A program made the translations under genes and the position numbers. Source: Ramazzottius varieornatus (lineage: Eukaryota > Animalia > Tardigrada). Taken from it: a stretch of DNA of 64,000 bases. This document shows positions 38,244 to 49,584 of the stretch, piece by piece. The stretch lies in assembly GCA_001949185.1 (NCBI GenBank), contig BDGG01000001.1, forward strand, positions 8,403,067 to 8,467,066, given 5' to 3'. The first letter of the stretch is position 1; each line of letters begins with the position of its first letter. The notes under the pieces are model-generated. The model was not told where the DNA came from, did not search any database, and was given only the letters and a program-made list of their open reading frames with translations.

Positions 38244-41200
38244 CGAGGGAAAGGTTATTGAGTTAGCCATAACGACATGCGGTTGTTGAGCTAGCCACCG
38301 CTGCGGTATGTGATGGCGCACAGTCAGAGCAATAGCCAAAAAACGCGGTAGAATCAATACCGCTCTTCAAAACTGCCGTACGAGAGGCATACCGGTGTTA
38401 TAAAGGCTGATAATTTCGAGAGCCGAATGAACATTTTCTTGACCGGAATGCCCATCGCAGAACTGAAACCCGCACATAATCATCCTATAAAAACACTTCG
38501 TTTGACACCAGATATTATCCACAGAACACTCAGGTAAGCTACTAGATAAAACAGCGGAACCTGCGTGAATATTCTAGCTAGAAGCTTTAGTCGTTTTCTG
38601 TTTCTTTACAACACGTGTGCTTTTGCAGGAGCGCTGTTCAAGACTACAATTGGGTTCGGGTCTGGTTCCTTGTCCGACGCTTTTCGCTTCACTGAGCGGG
38701 GCTTTCTACTCGGAGCGACTTTCGGAGGTTTGGGAATAGCAGCAGGAACGTGTCGAATTCTGGCTTGGCTTACTTTCGCCCTTCGACTGGCTGCTAGAGA
38801 GGCGGTTCTTGCTCTGGCTACTGCTCGATTCTTCTCCAGATGGGACTGGAAATTGTCCTCTTTGGTTAAACCTCGAGCGTCGAGGCTCAGATGCTCGTTC
38901 TTCTCGCGACGGACTTTCTTGGGCACTGCAGCAAACAGCGAAGCTTGCAGCGAAGATGCTAGAACAGCACCTGGAGTTACACCACGCTGTTTGAGCCTGA
39001 TGAATTCTTTGATGTCGTCTTGATCGTTTTGGCCTGCGATGTCAAATTCAGCCATCAAAGCGTCAGCCAAACGGTCAAAGCTGGAGCGGTAGTCTTTCGG
39101 AGCGGAGTCCGCTGTCTCATCGAGAGGGGTGCGACAATGTCGAGTCTTCACAGTCGCACGAATAACCTCAGGATTGAAAGGAAAGAGTCCCGAATTCTGG
39201 AATCCAGAGGTAAGATTCCGCCCAGGGTTGGCAAAGACATACACGATCTTTCCGGTTTCCGCCTCGAACTCCTTGATGAATTTCATCAGAGTGAAGTTGT
39301 TGATATGAGAGAAGTGTCCATCAACAGAAATCAAACTCTAAAATTATAATAAGCATGACGTCATACGTCGAAACTAATGCATTCCAGCAAGCCCAACAGA
39401 CAACTGCGTAACGATGTACTGCACAACTCATGTATTATTAGATTTCTCACCTTCAGTTTGGTGATTGCCGGCAGTACGACCATCTTGATATAGCTTGCGA
39501 AATGCATTTGATCCATAGTGCCGGAATCATTCACACCCTGGTAGCAGTGACCACCTGTGCCATCCAGACGAGATCGAACGTGACGTTTTCCGGAGAACAA
39601 CGCCATAAAAGGAAGCTGGAGTCCAGCCGCGTTGCCACAAGGTAGGATAGTCACCAATTCTTTCTCTGTTCAGTCGTACTGGGAGTAAACTTGCCTCATT
39701 CCTTTCCGTCCACCGACTCTGTCGAACATTTTGGCCGTGTTGAACGCAGATTTGTCCAAGTTCCAAACTTGATCTGGCTCGTCGAGGAATCCTCCGTTAT
39801 GAAGCTCCGTCAATTTAGCGATGTACCTGTCCGCCAGCTCGTGCGTCCACTCTCGTTCCTTCTTTCGGTTATTGGCATGGGTTATTCATAATGATAGTCG
39901 TGGATGGCGCTTGAGGAATCTTCGAAAGTGCTGATCGTTGAACGCTGTGTGAATGCGGCTTGGAAAAACAGAGGAAATCCATAAGAGCTGACCAAAATCC
40001 GAATATTATCTTAAAATTGGGATAAATCAGCTTACCAAGTCGAGTATTCATCTCAATGATTGCTGCGGCACAGTGTTGTCGGTTACGGGGGGATCCCAGT
40101 ATCTGTACAGCTCAACAGTAAGTCTTCCAGGGCATTTTCTTCGTGAAGAGGAATTTTAGGCTGTTTTCCATGACTTCCGGTGTGTCGACCATTCAACCGA
40201 TTGTTCAGCTTCTGCCGGTTTACTTTGTACGCCTCCGCAGTTTCCCGCATTCCCCATCCCATTTCTCTCACCGCATGAACCGCTGCTTACATCGTTAACT
40301 GCGCATGGAACTCTAGTGCAGTCTTCAACTTGAGAGACGCCATGTTTATTCCGACAGAGTTGATAACAAAACTGCTGTACGAAATTTGGCCTCGGAGTGA
40401 AAAAAATAATTTTGATTGTCATTGAAAACAGCGTCGCCAGCGCCTCTAGTGGCCTTAGTTTCATTTCTGGTCCAGGCTGTCTAACATGGGATTTAACAGT
40501 TTGCTGAACTGTAGATCTTGTGCATGCATTGAGAACCTAAGCCCATCGCAAGGAGCAGTGTTATTCTACTAATGGAAATAGATAATTGAAAATAGCCGAA
40601 AACTGGGACTTGAATTTTACTATAATAATTAAAATTATGAAATCGAGACGACGAATTTTACTATATAGTAAAATTACAGTAAAATTAGACCCACAGGTCA
40701 ATAGTAAAATGGGTAATTAAAATCCGTACTTGCAGCAATTGAAATAATTAAAACTTGGAAGAGCTGGGCTTCGAATTTTAATTATGGCAAGATGCCTAGC
40801 AAATCCACAGCGGATTATACCACGAAAATCCCTTAGCAAATATTATCCCGGACGAGAGCTGGTTAATCGGTACAAGAGATGGATACGGAGCGCTGATAAA
40901 TTGACGTACTCGATTATGCAATCTCATACCGTGAATTTGGTGCATTGATTATTCGACTTGATTTAAATATAGTGATATCTGTTGGACACGCAGTTTGCTC
41001 TTCTTTTCCTACCGTTCCTACTTCAATTGGTATTCTTGATTCTCGGCCATATAATTTTAGCATCAGCCATGACCAATCCCACGAAAAATAGTCAGGAGCG
41101 AAAAAGTCAGACAGGGCCAAGCTCCACCAAGCCGAAGAAGCAGGCTATAAAGGAGAGGAGGACTCAGCCTGGGACGACGGTGGACTTGACCGGACCGGCG

Positions 41201-41941
41201 GAAAATTCTCCCCCTTCGCCTTCTCCAACTACCGCGAGCGACACGAGTGTTGGAGATCCAACTGTTGGAGCTCCAACTGTCGTCAAGAAGAAGTCAGGAG
41301 CAGGAAGGCCGAAAGATTCACCGACATGGACCTTTTTCAGACATGATGAGTTGGAGGATAAGTCGGTCTGTCTCGTGGAAGGATGCTCGACCAAGCTTAA
41401 AGGAATGAATACAGGAATAATCCCGTAATAATCAAAGGAAAGCCCTTGCAAACAAAAGAGATAGGAGGAAGAAGAGCTGGAGAGTGGTGCGAGAACGGCG
41501 TGGAGGACACGAGAAAATACAGACAGAAAATTTTGCTGGACATGTGAAATGACATACTATCTGAACAAGATGACATAACAACGGACATATCCCTGCTGAT
41601 TACTCGGTTAATACAAACTTACAGACGGACCATAATTAATTTAATTTTAATTAGAGATCCAGATGTAATTAAAATTAATAGATAATTGAAAATTAAGCCA
41701 ATCCAAACCTACAACAATTAAAACTACGGTTTGAGGAAAAATTTTACTAATTGTAATAGACATTAAAATTCCAAAACCATTAGTAGAACAACACTGGCAA
41801 GAAGTACCATTCGACAGCCCGTCATTTTCTCTGTCGAATCATCCAAACATGTGTTAGAATATGTCAGATAGAACGGGCGAAAACAGATGGCTAACTTAGC
41901 AACCGAAGGTTCTTATGGCTAACTCAATGACCTCTCCCTCG
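38244..41941 (-). mobile_element. pogo/Fot1-like (Tc1/mariner superfamily) DNA transposon with TIRs and TA TSD; decayed transposase about 38586-40343
   Basis: About 55-bp imperfect TIRs (cgagggaaaggttattgagttagccataa / ttatggctaactcaatgacctctccctcg) flanked by TA on both sides. HTH RETAEAYKVNRQKL; DDE_1 blocks VTILPCGNAAG and VDGHFSH; SGFQNSGLFPFNPE. Confidence 0.9.
40556..41796 (+). mobile_element. Internally deleted hAT element nested in the pogo element
   Basis: TIR cagtgttattctactaatgg / ccattagtagaacaacactg; 8-bp TSD gcaaggag/gcaagaag (7/8 match); BED-finger start SPTWTFF...CLVEGCSTKLK (about 41310-41420); AT-rich subterminal regions. Confidence 0.88.
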
Positions 41942-42149
41942 TACTGTAGGATATAATTCGAACACCCCACTTTTTCCATGAAAGAAAACTGATAGCGATG
42001 AAAAGCCAGATACGTAGTAGACTGACTCCAGCTACAAATTCAGACGTGTGAGCTATTACGAATCCACAAGCAATGTCGAGGACTTGCTATTCTGTAACGA
42101 GAGAACTTTCAAAATGGCGTCAACGTTAGTTATACTAACGTTAACTCTC

Positions 42150-42725
42150 ATTTTTCTTGGTGAGTGCTGTCAGGACAACCACACAGAACCGAGAAAATCA
42201 CTGCCGGAACGTGTTTGGCATGTCAGTTGTCAACAATGCCAGGGCCTCCACCGTGAGGTCTTTCCGGTACAGTGGGCGTAAGCCGATAGTACCTCAAATC
42301 CAGCTCAAAACTCCCTTCGACGAGCACACCCTTGGGTTACCTAAAGGAGTGCACCAAGGCATCCCGTTGGGACTAACGCGTTCGTGCCTCGTGATCGGGT
42401 ACTTCACCGAACCCTGGGCACAACCGCTTAACGTTCGGTACCTCGATGACGGTACCACTGGTGGTAAAACTTTTCTGTTTTATCTGACTTACAGGTCGTA
42501 ATGGAAGAGGGGAAAAAGTTTAGACTGGAGCCGAATTCATCGAAAAGAGAGCCATCGGTATTCGGCGGTTCGCTTCGGGAACTCAGGCCAGCAAACAAGA
42601 AGAAAATAGCCGCTGTTTGCGGAGGCATTCCGTTTCAGTCGAGGAGAGACGTGAGTCTTTTAGGTGCACCGCTGGTGGAAGATAGTCTGATGGAAGCCAT
42701 CAAAGCCAACACGAGTTAAATTAAC
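42150..42725 (+). mobile_element. Highly degenerate CRE-type RT fragment
   Basis: KGVHQGIPLG, PLNVRYLDDGTTGG and SLLGAPL parallel the 36-38 kb copy. Confidence 0.7.
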
Positions 42726-44439
42726 TTGGTCTACTATCAGGGGCGGAAGTATGACTTGTTACTTCCCCGGCGAAGATTTCAAAAACTTTTCTTGACTGCC
42801 AACCTCGGGTTATCCACCCATCCTAGCACGGTACTTCACTCAGTTTTTCGGCAGCGGATGCATGCCTTTACTGTAGGAGCATAGGGGAAGAGGAAAGATA
42901 AACTCCCCGCAGCCTCTCTGGAGGAAATTGTTTTTTCACGTTGGGGGTGCTCTAATTTCTCGACGTGGTGATAATCCTTTAGTACTACTGTAGGTCCTCT
43001 CTTCCTCAAGTGTGAAGGAGAGTTTCCAGATCCGCCTTCTGCAGTTTTGCGGAAGTGTTTTGTTCAATGTGTACTCTAGAGCTGACTCCCAGTGTTGGTG
43101 CTTTGAGTGGACTGAACAATTCGTTTAGTGAACGGCCACTTTTCTCATAATTCTCCCTCGTACCAGAGAGGTCTAGTCAGCAGCTACAGTTATGCCGGGC
43201 ATAAAGATTTCACAGCGGTCTAGACTTCAAAATAGTAACCAGACAGTAGCCATAATTTTCATTTGGTGCCGCTCACGATTCGAAATTTTCCACGCTGCTT
43301 CCGCTATTTTGAAACATTCCGACTGTTGCTTCAGACCGTTCTACAGAGCCCACTTATCGTGGCTGGCAACAATGTGATCTGAGATCGGTTCGCTCTCGTT
43401 GAGAACCGGGAGGGTAAATAAGGGCAAAACCTTGCGTTATTTGTAAGGGGCGCGAAGTAAACGGGGTATCCGATTCTCTAATCTTATTGCCTTCCCCTTT
43501 TGTCTAAATGTCCAGCGAGGATTTAATAAGATACCTTGAAGTCTTGTAAGGGTTTCACAACAATTCTGGAAGAATCGGATTCAACAAACTCCCCGAGCAC
43601 GTTGTTGTCCACCTTCAGTTTCGGTCTTTCGTAGAAGTGGATTCTGAGCAAAAAATCTTCAGAGCGTAGGAGAATTACCCAACCTCCCAGGGCATGCTGC
43701 TTACCTGCTTTGCGCCAAAACATGGAGCATATCTTCTTGTCCGGTTAAGATGCGTTGAGGCCTCGAAAAGATTCAGTGTTCAATGACCCAAAATTTTGGT
43801 TCTCCGCGATTCAGACAATACTATTCCTGCCTTTCTGCCGAGCTGAGGAACTCAGAACAGTAGAATGTCAAACGGTGGCCAGGAGTTGGCCAAGTGAGAG
43901 AAAAAAGACTTCGAGACAAAAGAACAAGGGGGAGCGTAACCATGATTTTCTGAAGTTGACGTGTTCCCAGGGATAACAAGTCATGCATCCTCACCTGATA
44001 TAACCTCCACCTGCTATTTTCTCCCAATGCCCTCTTCCTGTTCAAGAATCGCCTTCCCACTATTTCCCCACTTTTCTAGGCATCCCGCGGTACCTTCCGA
44101 TCTGGAAGGTGCCGTGGGTGCGGTCAGAGTTCGATCAGGCGGTTTCCGTAGTTTTTCTCTGTGGGACAGCTGCGTAATTCTTGAGTCTGCTGGAGATGCG
44201 AAAGGCTGGGATGCAGTTTTTCATTATTAAGATATTGAAATGGGTATTCCCGTTGTATTACAGTACTGTAAAAATTCGCTCAACACATTATCGCACAAGC
44301 GAAGTACAGACCCGGTCCTGCTTTACTGCCTGTTCAACCCCCCACAGGGGTGCATCATCACGTACATGTACGTACTGCGCGGACGCAGCGGATTTTATGG
44401 ACTGTTTGTCATATCTGTATCGCTACGAAACAACAAATA

Positions 44440-46290
44440 AGCGTTACATTGATTCACCCTTCTTCACATCCAAAACGGAAACGTCTCGTCCAGACCTTTC
44501 ACATCTTTCACAGTACTGAGGACGGAATGACAACTGCGACGAAGAATATCTATCAACACTCGCTGCTTGAAAAACTGAAAAGATCAAGCCCCGCCGGTTA
44601 TTTCTGCCATCTTTCTGCCGAACGGATCCCAAACAGCTCCGTCGCGCAGGGTCCTCATGGTCCGAGGGTCTCCAGACCAACAGGGTAGAACAGGAACTGA
44701 TCGCGATGTTTCGATACTTAGTAATCTTTCTTCTTTCGGCGGCATCAGCAGCTGATCCGGCTTTAACAGTCGACATGGCGAAGTTGGTTAAGGCCAAGGC
44801 GTCAACCACAGTCGCGTCCCAGACGATGTGCTTAGCTTTCTTCCATGGAACTTGCGTCATGTCATCCGGTCGGCTCTTGTCATTCCGGAACATCCTTGAA
44901 GGTCTAAGGATGGCAGGTATCTGTCAAGGCACGTATAAGCGACTCGTTTAGTACGCTTTGTCGGCTGTAACGACCGCCACTAAAGTTGCAGCTCAAACCG
45001 TGCTGACCGTATTCATCCACGTAGGCTCCGCAGCGGCACATTCGAGAGCGACATAGCTTTGCTCCTAGACGTACACCGATGCTGAAACGAAGACAGTTGT
45101 TGTCCAAGAGGTTCCCGAAGCGACAACGACGGAAGTGCGTGGAGCCCGAAGCCCGCGTTCTTGTCTGGAACAGCAAGCAGGTCGCGGTTTATTATTGTTC
45201 GAAGCGTTTTTACTAGGCTCTCGTAAATTTCTTTGAGAAGAGGCATGTCTCAGGCTTTCTGTTCGCGGCGTAGCTCGGAAACAGGGACTTCAGCTGTCGC
45301 AAGTAGGCTCCACTTGGCCACGGCGCGGTTCGTTCCGCTGTCCAGATCAGCTTCGGGCAGGATGTTGAGCACCAGTCAATGTACGGAATGGATCGATGCC
45401 AAGAAGGCGGAAACCGCGACCCCTTCTGTACGACGAATGCCTGACCAATCTATACTGACCGGAATTGATGCTTGTCGCCACGGACCGGAAGTCATCTCAG
45501 CGTTGAAGATCTCCGCTAGACTTGCGGCACCACCTCGTCGAACTCTTCCAGTACCCATAAGACCTTCCAGAAAGGAGAATACCACAAAATGTAGAGAAGC
45601 TTCGGGAGGCAGAGACAGTTCTCCAGCAGGAAGAGGGCCTGGTGGGCAAACACCAATTTGAGGTTTAATAAACCAGCTTAGTCTTACTTGTTCTTGCCCG
45701 GACGGCTTCTTCCAGACCCTTTCCCATCAGCGTTGCACCCAAACTGCTGAGGCCGCTCCTGGAGGGGAATAGGATACCTGGGTACACAATCGCTGCTGCG
45801 TCTTCGCTGGCTTGACGCCCTTGAAGCGAGCCTCCAAACAATACCGGCTTACACTTGGTTGGGTTCAATTCGAGTCCCAGTGTCTTCTCTTCTTCCCTCA
45901 CCACCTGCAAACCAGGCGAGACAGGGCTAATCTCAAAACATCGGCACCATCGTCAAGGTACCAGACATTCAGTGGAGACTGGAGCCTCGCGGTACGCATT
46001 CTGCGACAAGACAGAACAGAAGAGGTCCCAAAGGATCGCCCTGCTGTACACCTCTCGCGGACTCAAGAGTGTGCTGGCCTAAAAGAAACTTGGAATGATG
46101 TCTGTAAGACTGCCAGACAAACGAGTAGTAAGCTGGCATGGTATATTCGACGACACGTAACATGGCACCCCGGTGTATGGTATTGAAGGCCTTGCGGAAG
46201 TCAAGCTTGAGAAGGACTTAGTTCCGTTTCTTCCCTCTTCCAGGAAACTCGAGAGAACGTGAACTGCAGCTTTGGCTCCACCTCTCATTC
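44440..46290 (-). mobile_element. Second CRE-type non-LTR retrotransposon (degenerate)
   Basis: GGAKAAVH, RGVQQGDPLGPLLFCL, LGLELNPTK, CRCGAYVDEYGQHGLSC, SRPDD...WDATVVD, AAERRKITKY; many frameshifts. Confidence 0.85.
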
Positions 46291-48411
46291 TACAGTCTGC
46301 CTGTTCTGGCTAGACTCTTGCCTCTATGTCGCCGCCCAATTTTCGCTTGAAAAAAACGGCCGTTTCATTTGAGTTCCATCTGGATCGTTCTAGCTAAAAA
46401 ATTACTCCCACATTCACTTTCTGTCAAGCGGTATCTTCTTCGCAAAATTTTTATACCCAGGATGTCCAAATCCAACTTCCAAGAGCTAAGATATTTCATC
46501 TTGGCTAGCCCAAAAAACACTAGGATAAATCATTTGAATTCGCCAGTCAACAAAACCATAATCAACGTACTCAAAATAACTGCTGGTCCCTAAAGACTTA
46601 TCAGCTGGTGGAGAAAAAAGGTTGAGTAACGGTCCACACTGAACGGGTCAGGCTGTGGCGTGTGGACGATCAACAAAAGCCTCCCCGGATGCGGGATCAC
46701 CAAAAGTCAATCCCGTTAATCAAAAGGTTCTGTACTTTTACGCATCTTTATGCCTCACGTTTCTGTTAACGGCACCGTGTGGATATGCAGTTGCCTTAAA
46801 GACTCTGTTTGAGTGCGCTGGGTCTGACTGCGGGATAGCGCGTAAGCCAACGGGCATGCCTTTGGCTCCGAGTTCGCCCCAAAAACTGCCATCACGTAGG
46901 TGGTCAAATTTAACATTCCCCCGAGTTTCCTTGTGAAAACGCTCACTTCGCTCGGTTGGATAAGTTATAGCACAGCGTAACGTGTGCGTTATGTAATTTT
47001 CGGTCTATGACTTGGTGTACTTTGTCATGATCCTGCGGCTGTCCCAAAACTGTGCTCCCAATGAGCACGGTGGTGATCTGCCGTCACCAAAAGCCTAGTA
47101 GTGAGGGTGTGACAACATTGTGTGATTTTGCCCATGGAAACTTCAAATGCGTAAAGACACATCAGGTTCTTGACTCTTTGACCGAGCTGACTCTGGAAAA
47201 AGCTGGGACTGTCCACAGTGTACGACAGAATGACCCTAAAAAATGGGCGACGTCTTCTAAGCACAAACAATCAGTCATCATCCGATTCAGTCAAATCTCA
47301 AATTCGACTGGCTTGAACCACCCGGTACCAGCACTGGCACACACAATTTTGATTCTTTTTCGCAGCCGAAGTTTCCAGTTTCTGGCGGCTCCGATTCCTT
47401 AGGTCGGTTCGATCGCACTAAAGGAAGCCGAACTGAATTTTTTCATTTTGATCGAAAGGGAGCCGCTGGCAAAGTGCATTTTATTTGGAGTTCAGTTCAA
47501 CGTCTTCACACGTCTTTTCATTGTTGACTATATGACTGTTCGGTTTTGCGTGCTGTACCACAGCATGTTCCGACATACCAGAATTCCGTACTCGATCCTT
47601 AATCAAATCCATCGACCCGGTCATCAGCTCGGCTCCCGAAGCCGTGGCCATAGTTTGAGTATTCGACTGCTAAAAAGAATTGATTTTGTTTGGGCCACCA
47701 CTGCCTGGTACCAACCAACACCCATATTTTCCGATGTCTGTTTTGCCGTACACTGTATGCGCCAAAGCCATCTTCAACAAAGCCAATAAAGTTTGATTCT
47801 TCATAGAGCCCGACTATAACGTTTTTATGAAGTAACAGGCCACGCGCTATTGAGATGCCAACGGTGTGGACAAAGCAAACACTCAAACTGCAGTGAGAAA
47901 ATACGAAAACTACTAGCGCTTTCTGTCCTGAACTATTGACGGAAAGTTGAAACGAACCACCCGACCCCAGAGACGAAAGAACAGGGGCCGGTCCACCCCT
48001 ATGTTGAGCTCAAGATTCTTACAGAGTACCACGACAGTTGAAGGTCGTTACGAGCACTATAGAGTCCTGTGCAGAGTTGGAGGTCAGTACAAGGATTCAC
48101 GGCGCATAAACACTTCGTAAAAGTTACGATGCTCGTTGGCTCGAGGAGTAGCTTCGCTTGTCGATAAACCTAGCTTACGCAGGCAGCACGACGTTCAAAG
48201 ACCGGAATAAAGCTTTTATACAATCGACGGTACTGGTCCTGAAGGCCTGCCAACTCATTTTAGATGTGTCCTATCGCGCTTTTAAAAACTACATAAACCG
48301 TTGTCGCTGGAATTGTACCTCAGGCATGTGGCTTGCCTGTGCATTTTTGGCTGTTACTGGCGGTCATGAAATCAGTATAGTATCGCAAGATCGGAACGGT
48401 ATTCTGGTGGC

Positions 48412-49584
48412 ATGAAGATGTGGACCATCGGATTGAACTGTACGAAAAGAAGACGGCAGGCGTCATCTACAACTCTGGTATCAGTATTCTCAGCAGAGCT
48501 AACAGCAGAACTAACAACTTTGATTTTGCTACTGAACGTAATCAGTTGTTGCGCGACGTGTTCTGCTACCTCTCTGTTGCCTCTGAGGAATAACATCACG
48601 ATATGCTCTTATGTGCGAGATACGCTGCCCCATGTTTTGGAGTGGATAGAATTCCATCGTCTCCAAGGTGTGGACAAATTCATGCTATATGACGACGGCA
48701 GCACCGACACCACCGCGTTACTAGGTACGATTTATAAGTCACACAAGGCAGGCGATCGTTCCCCACTGGTAGAGATATTTCCGGCAAATCCCAATCGACG
48801 AAATATACCCCAGGGTCCAGAGAGGTCTGATTACCTTGAAATTCAACTCCTGGCTTTAAACCACTGCAACAAGAGATGTTCAAACAGCACCAGGTGGTTA
48901 CTCATGATTGACGTGGATGAATTCGTGTATTCGCCTAAACTAACTGACACGTTATGGGGTTTCATTGAACGCGAGTCACAGGTACCACACTTCGCGCGGG
49001 ATCAGATATCGAAAGATATAGTTTCAGCCTTCTATATCGAGCCCGTCCGCTATGGTACTAGCGGAAGGAACACAAACATCAACTGCGACATCTTCCTGGA
49101 CCCTTTTACAGGTCGCTGGGATACGTCATCACATGAGTATTATACCGAGGGTAGATACAAATTCCTCATGGACGTCAATCCTCACAGGGCTCCTCATCCG
49201 CACCTCGACAACGAATATCCTCTGCAACACCAAGCAATATGCCAAACGACGAGCTTTGCCGAGTACTGCTCGCATGGTACGGGAAAGTCGATCTGGATGC
49301 CAGACAAATGTGCTATAGCAGCAGTGCACTACTGCGAAAACCTCACCTTTGGGGAAATGAGATTTGTCGCAGTCACCGACCTACGGATGGACCACTACAC
49401 TTTCCAGTCCGAAGATCACATAAGGGGCTTGATACCTCTAATGAAAGAAGTCAAAGGTAAAGCTTTTGCGCTGTTTGACCGCAGCTGGTTTTCGCTTAAA
49501 TACGATACGTTGATCACTTTTTTCTCGCCTTTAATAACAAAAACATTATCAGAGCTTTTTTCCAGACAGAAACCGATGCCTTAA
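48412..49584 (+). CDS. Intronless GT92/DUF23-like (GT-A fold) glycosyltransferase, 390 aa
   Basis: N-terminal hydrophobic anchor; ICSYVRD...LEWIEFHRLQGVDKFMLYDDGSTD; QLLALNHC; WLLMIDVDEF (DxD motif); GKSI; DHY. Confidence 0.85.
   Translation: MKMWTIGLNCTKRRRQASSTTLVSVFSAELTAELTTLILLLNVISCCATCSATSLLPLRNNITICSYVRDTLPHVLEWIEFHRLQGVDKFMLYDDGSTDTTALLGTIYKSHKAGDRSPLVEIFPANPNRRNIPQGPERSDYLEIQLLALNHCNKRCSNSTRWLLMIDVDEFVYSPKLTDTLWGFIERESQVPHFARDQISKDIVSAFYIEPVRYGTSGRNTNINCDIFLDPFTGRWDTSSHEYYTEGRYKFLMDVNPHRAPHPHLDNEYPLQHQAICQTTSFAEYCSHGTGKSIWMPDKCAIAAVHYCENLTFGEMRFVAVTDLRMDHYTFQSEDHIRGLIPLMKEVKGKAFALFDRSWFSLKYDTLITFFSPLITKTLSELFSRQKPMP

Noticed and set aside
46300-48100. Possible piggyBac-like remnants (also about 49900-50700)
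   Set aside because: Only faint peptide resemblance; no catalytic motifs or TTAA-bounded TIRs could be confirmed by eye.
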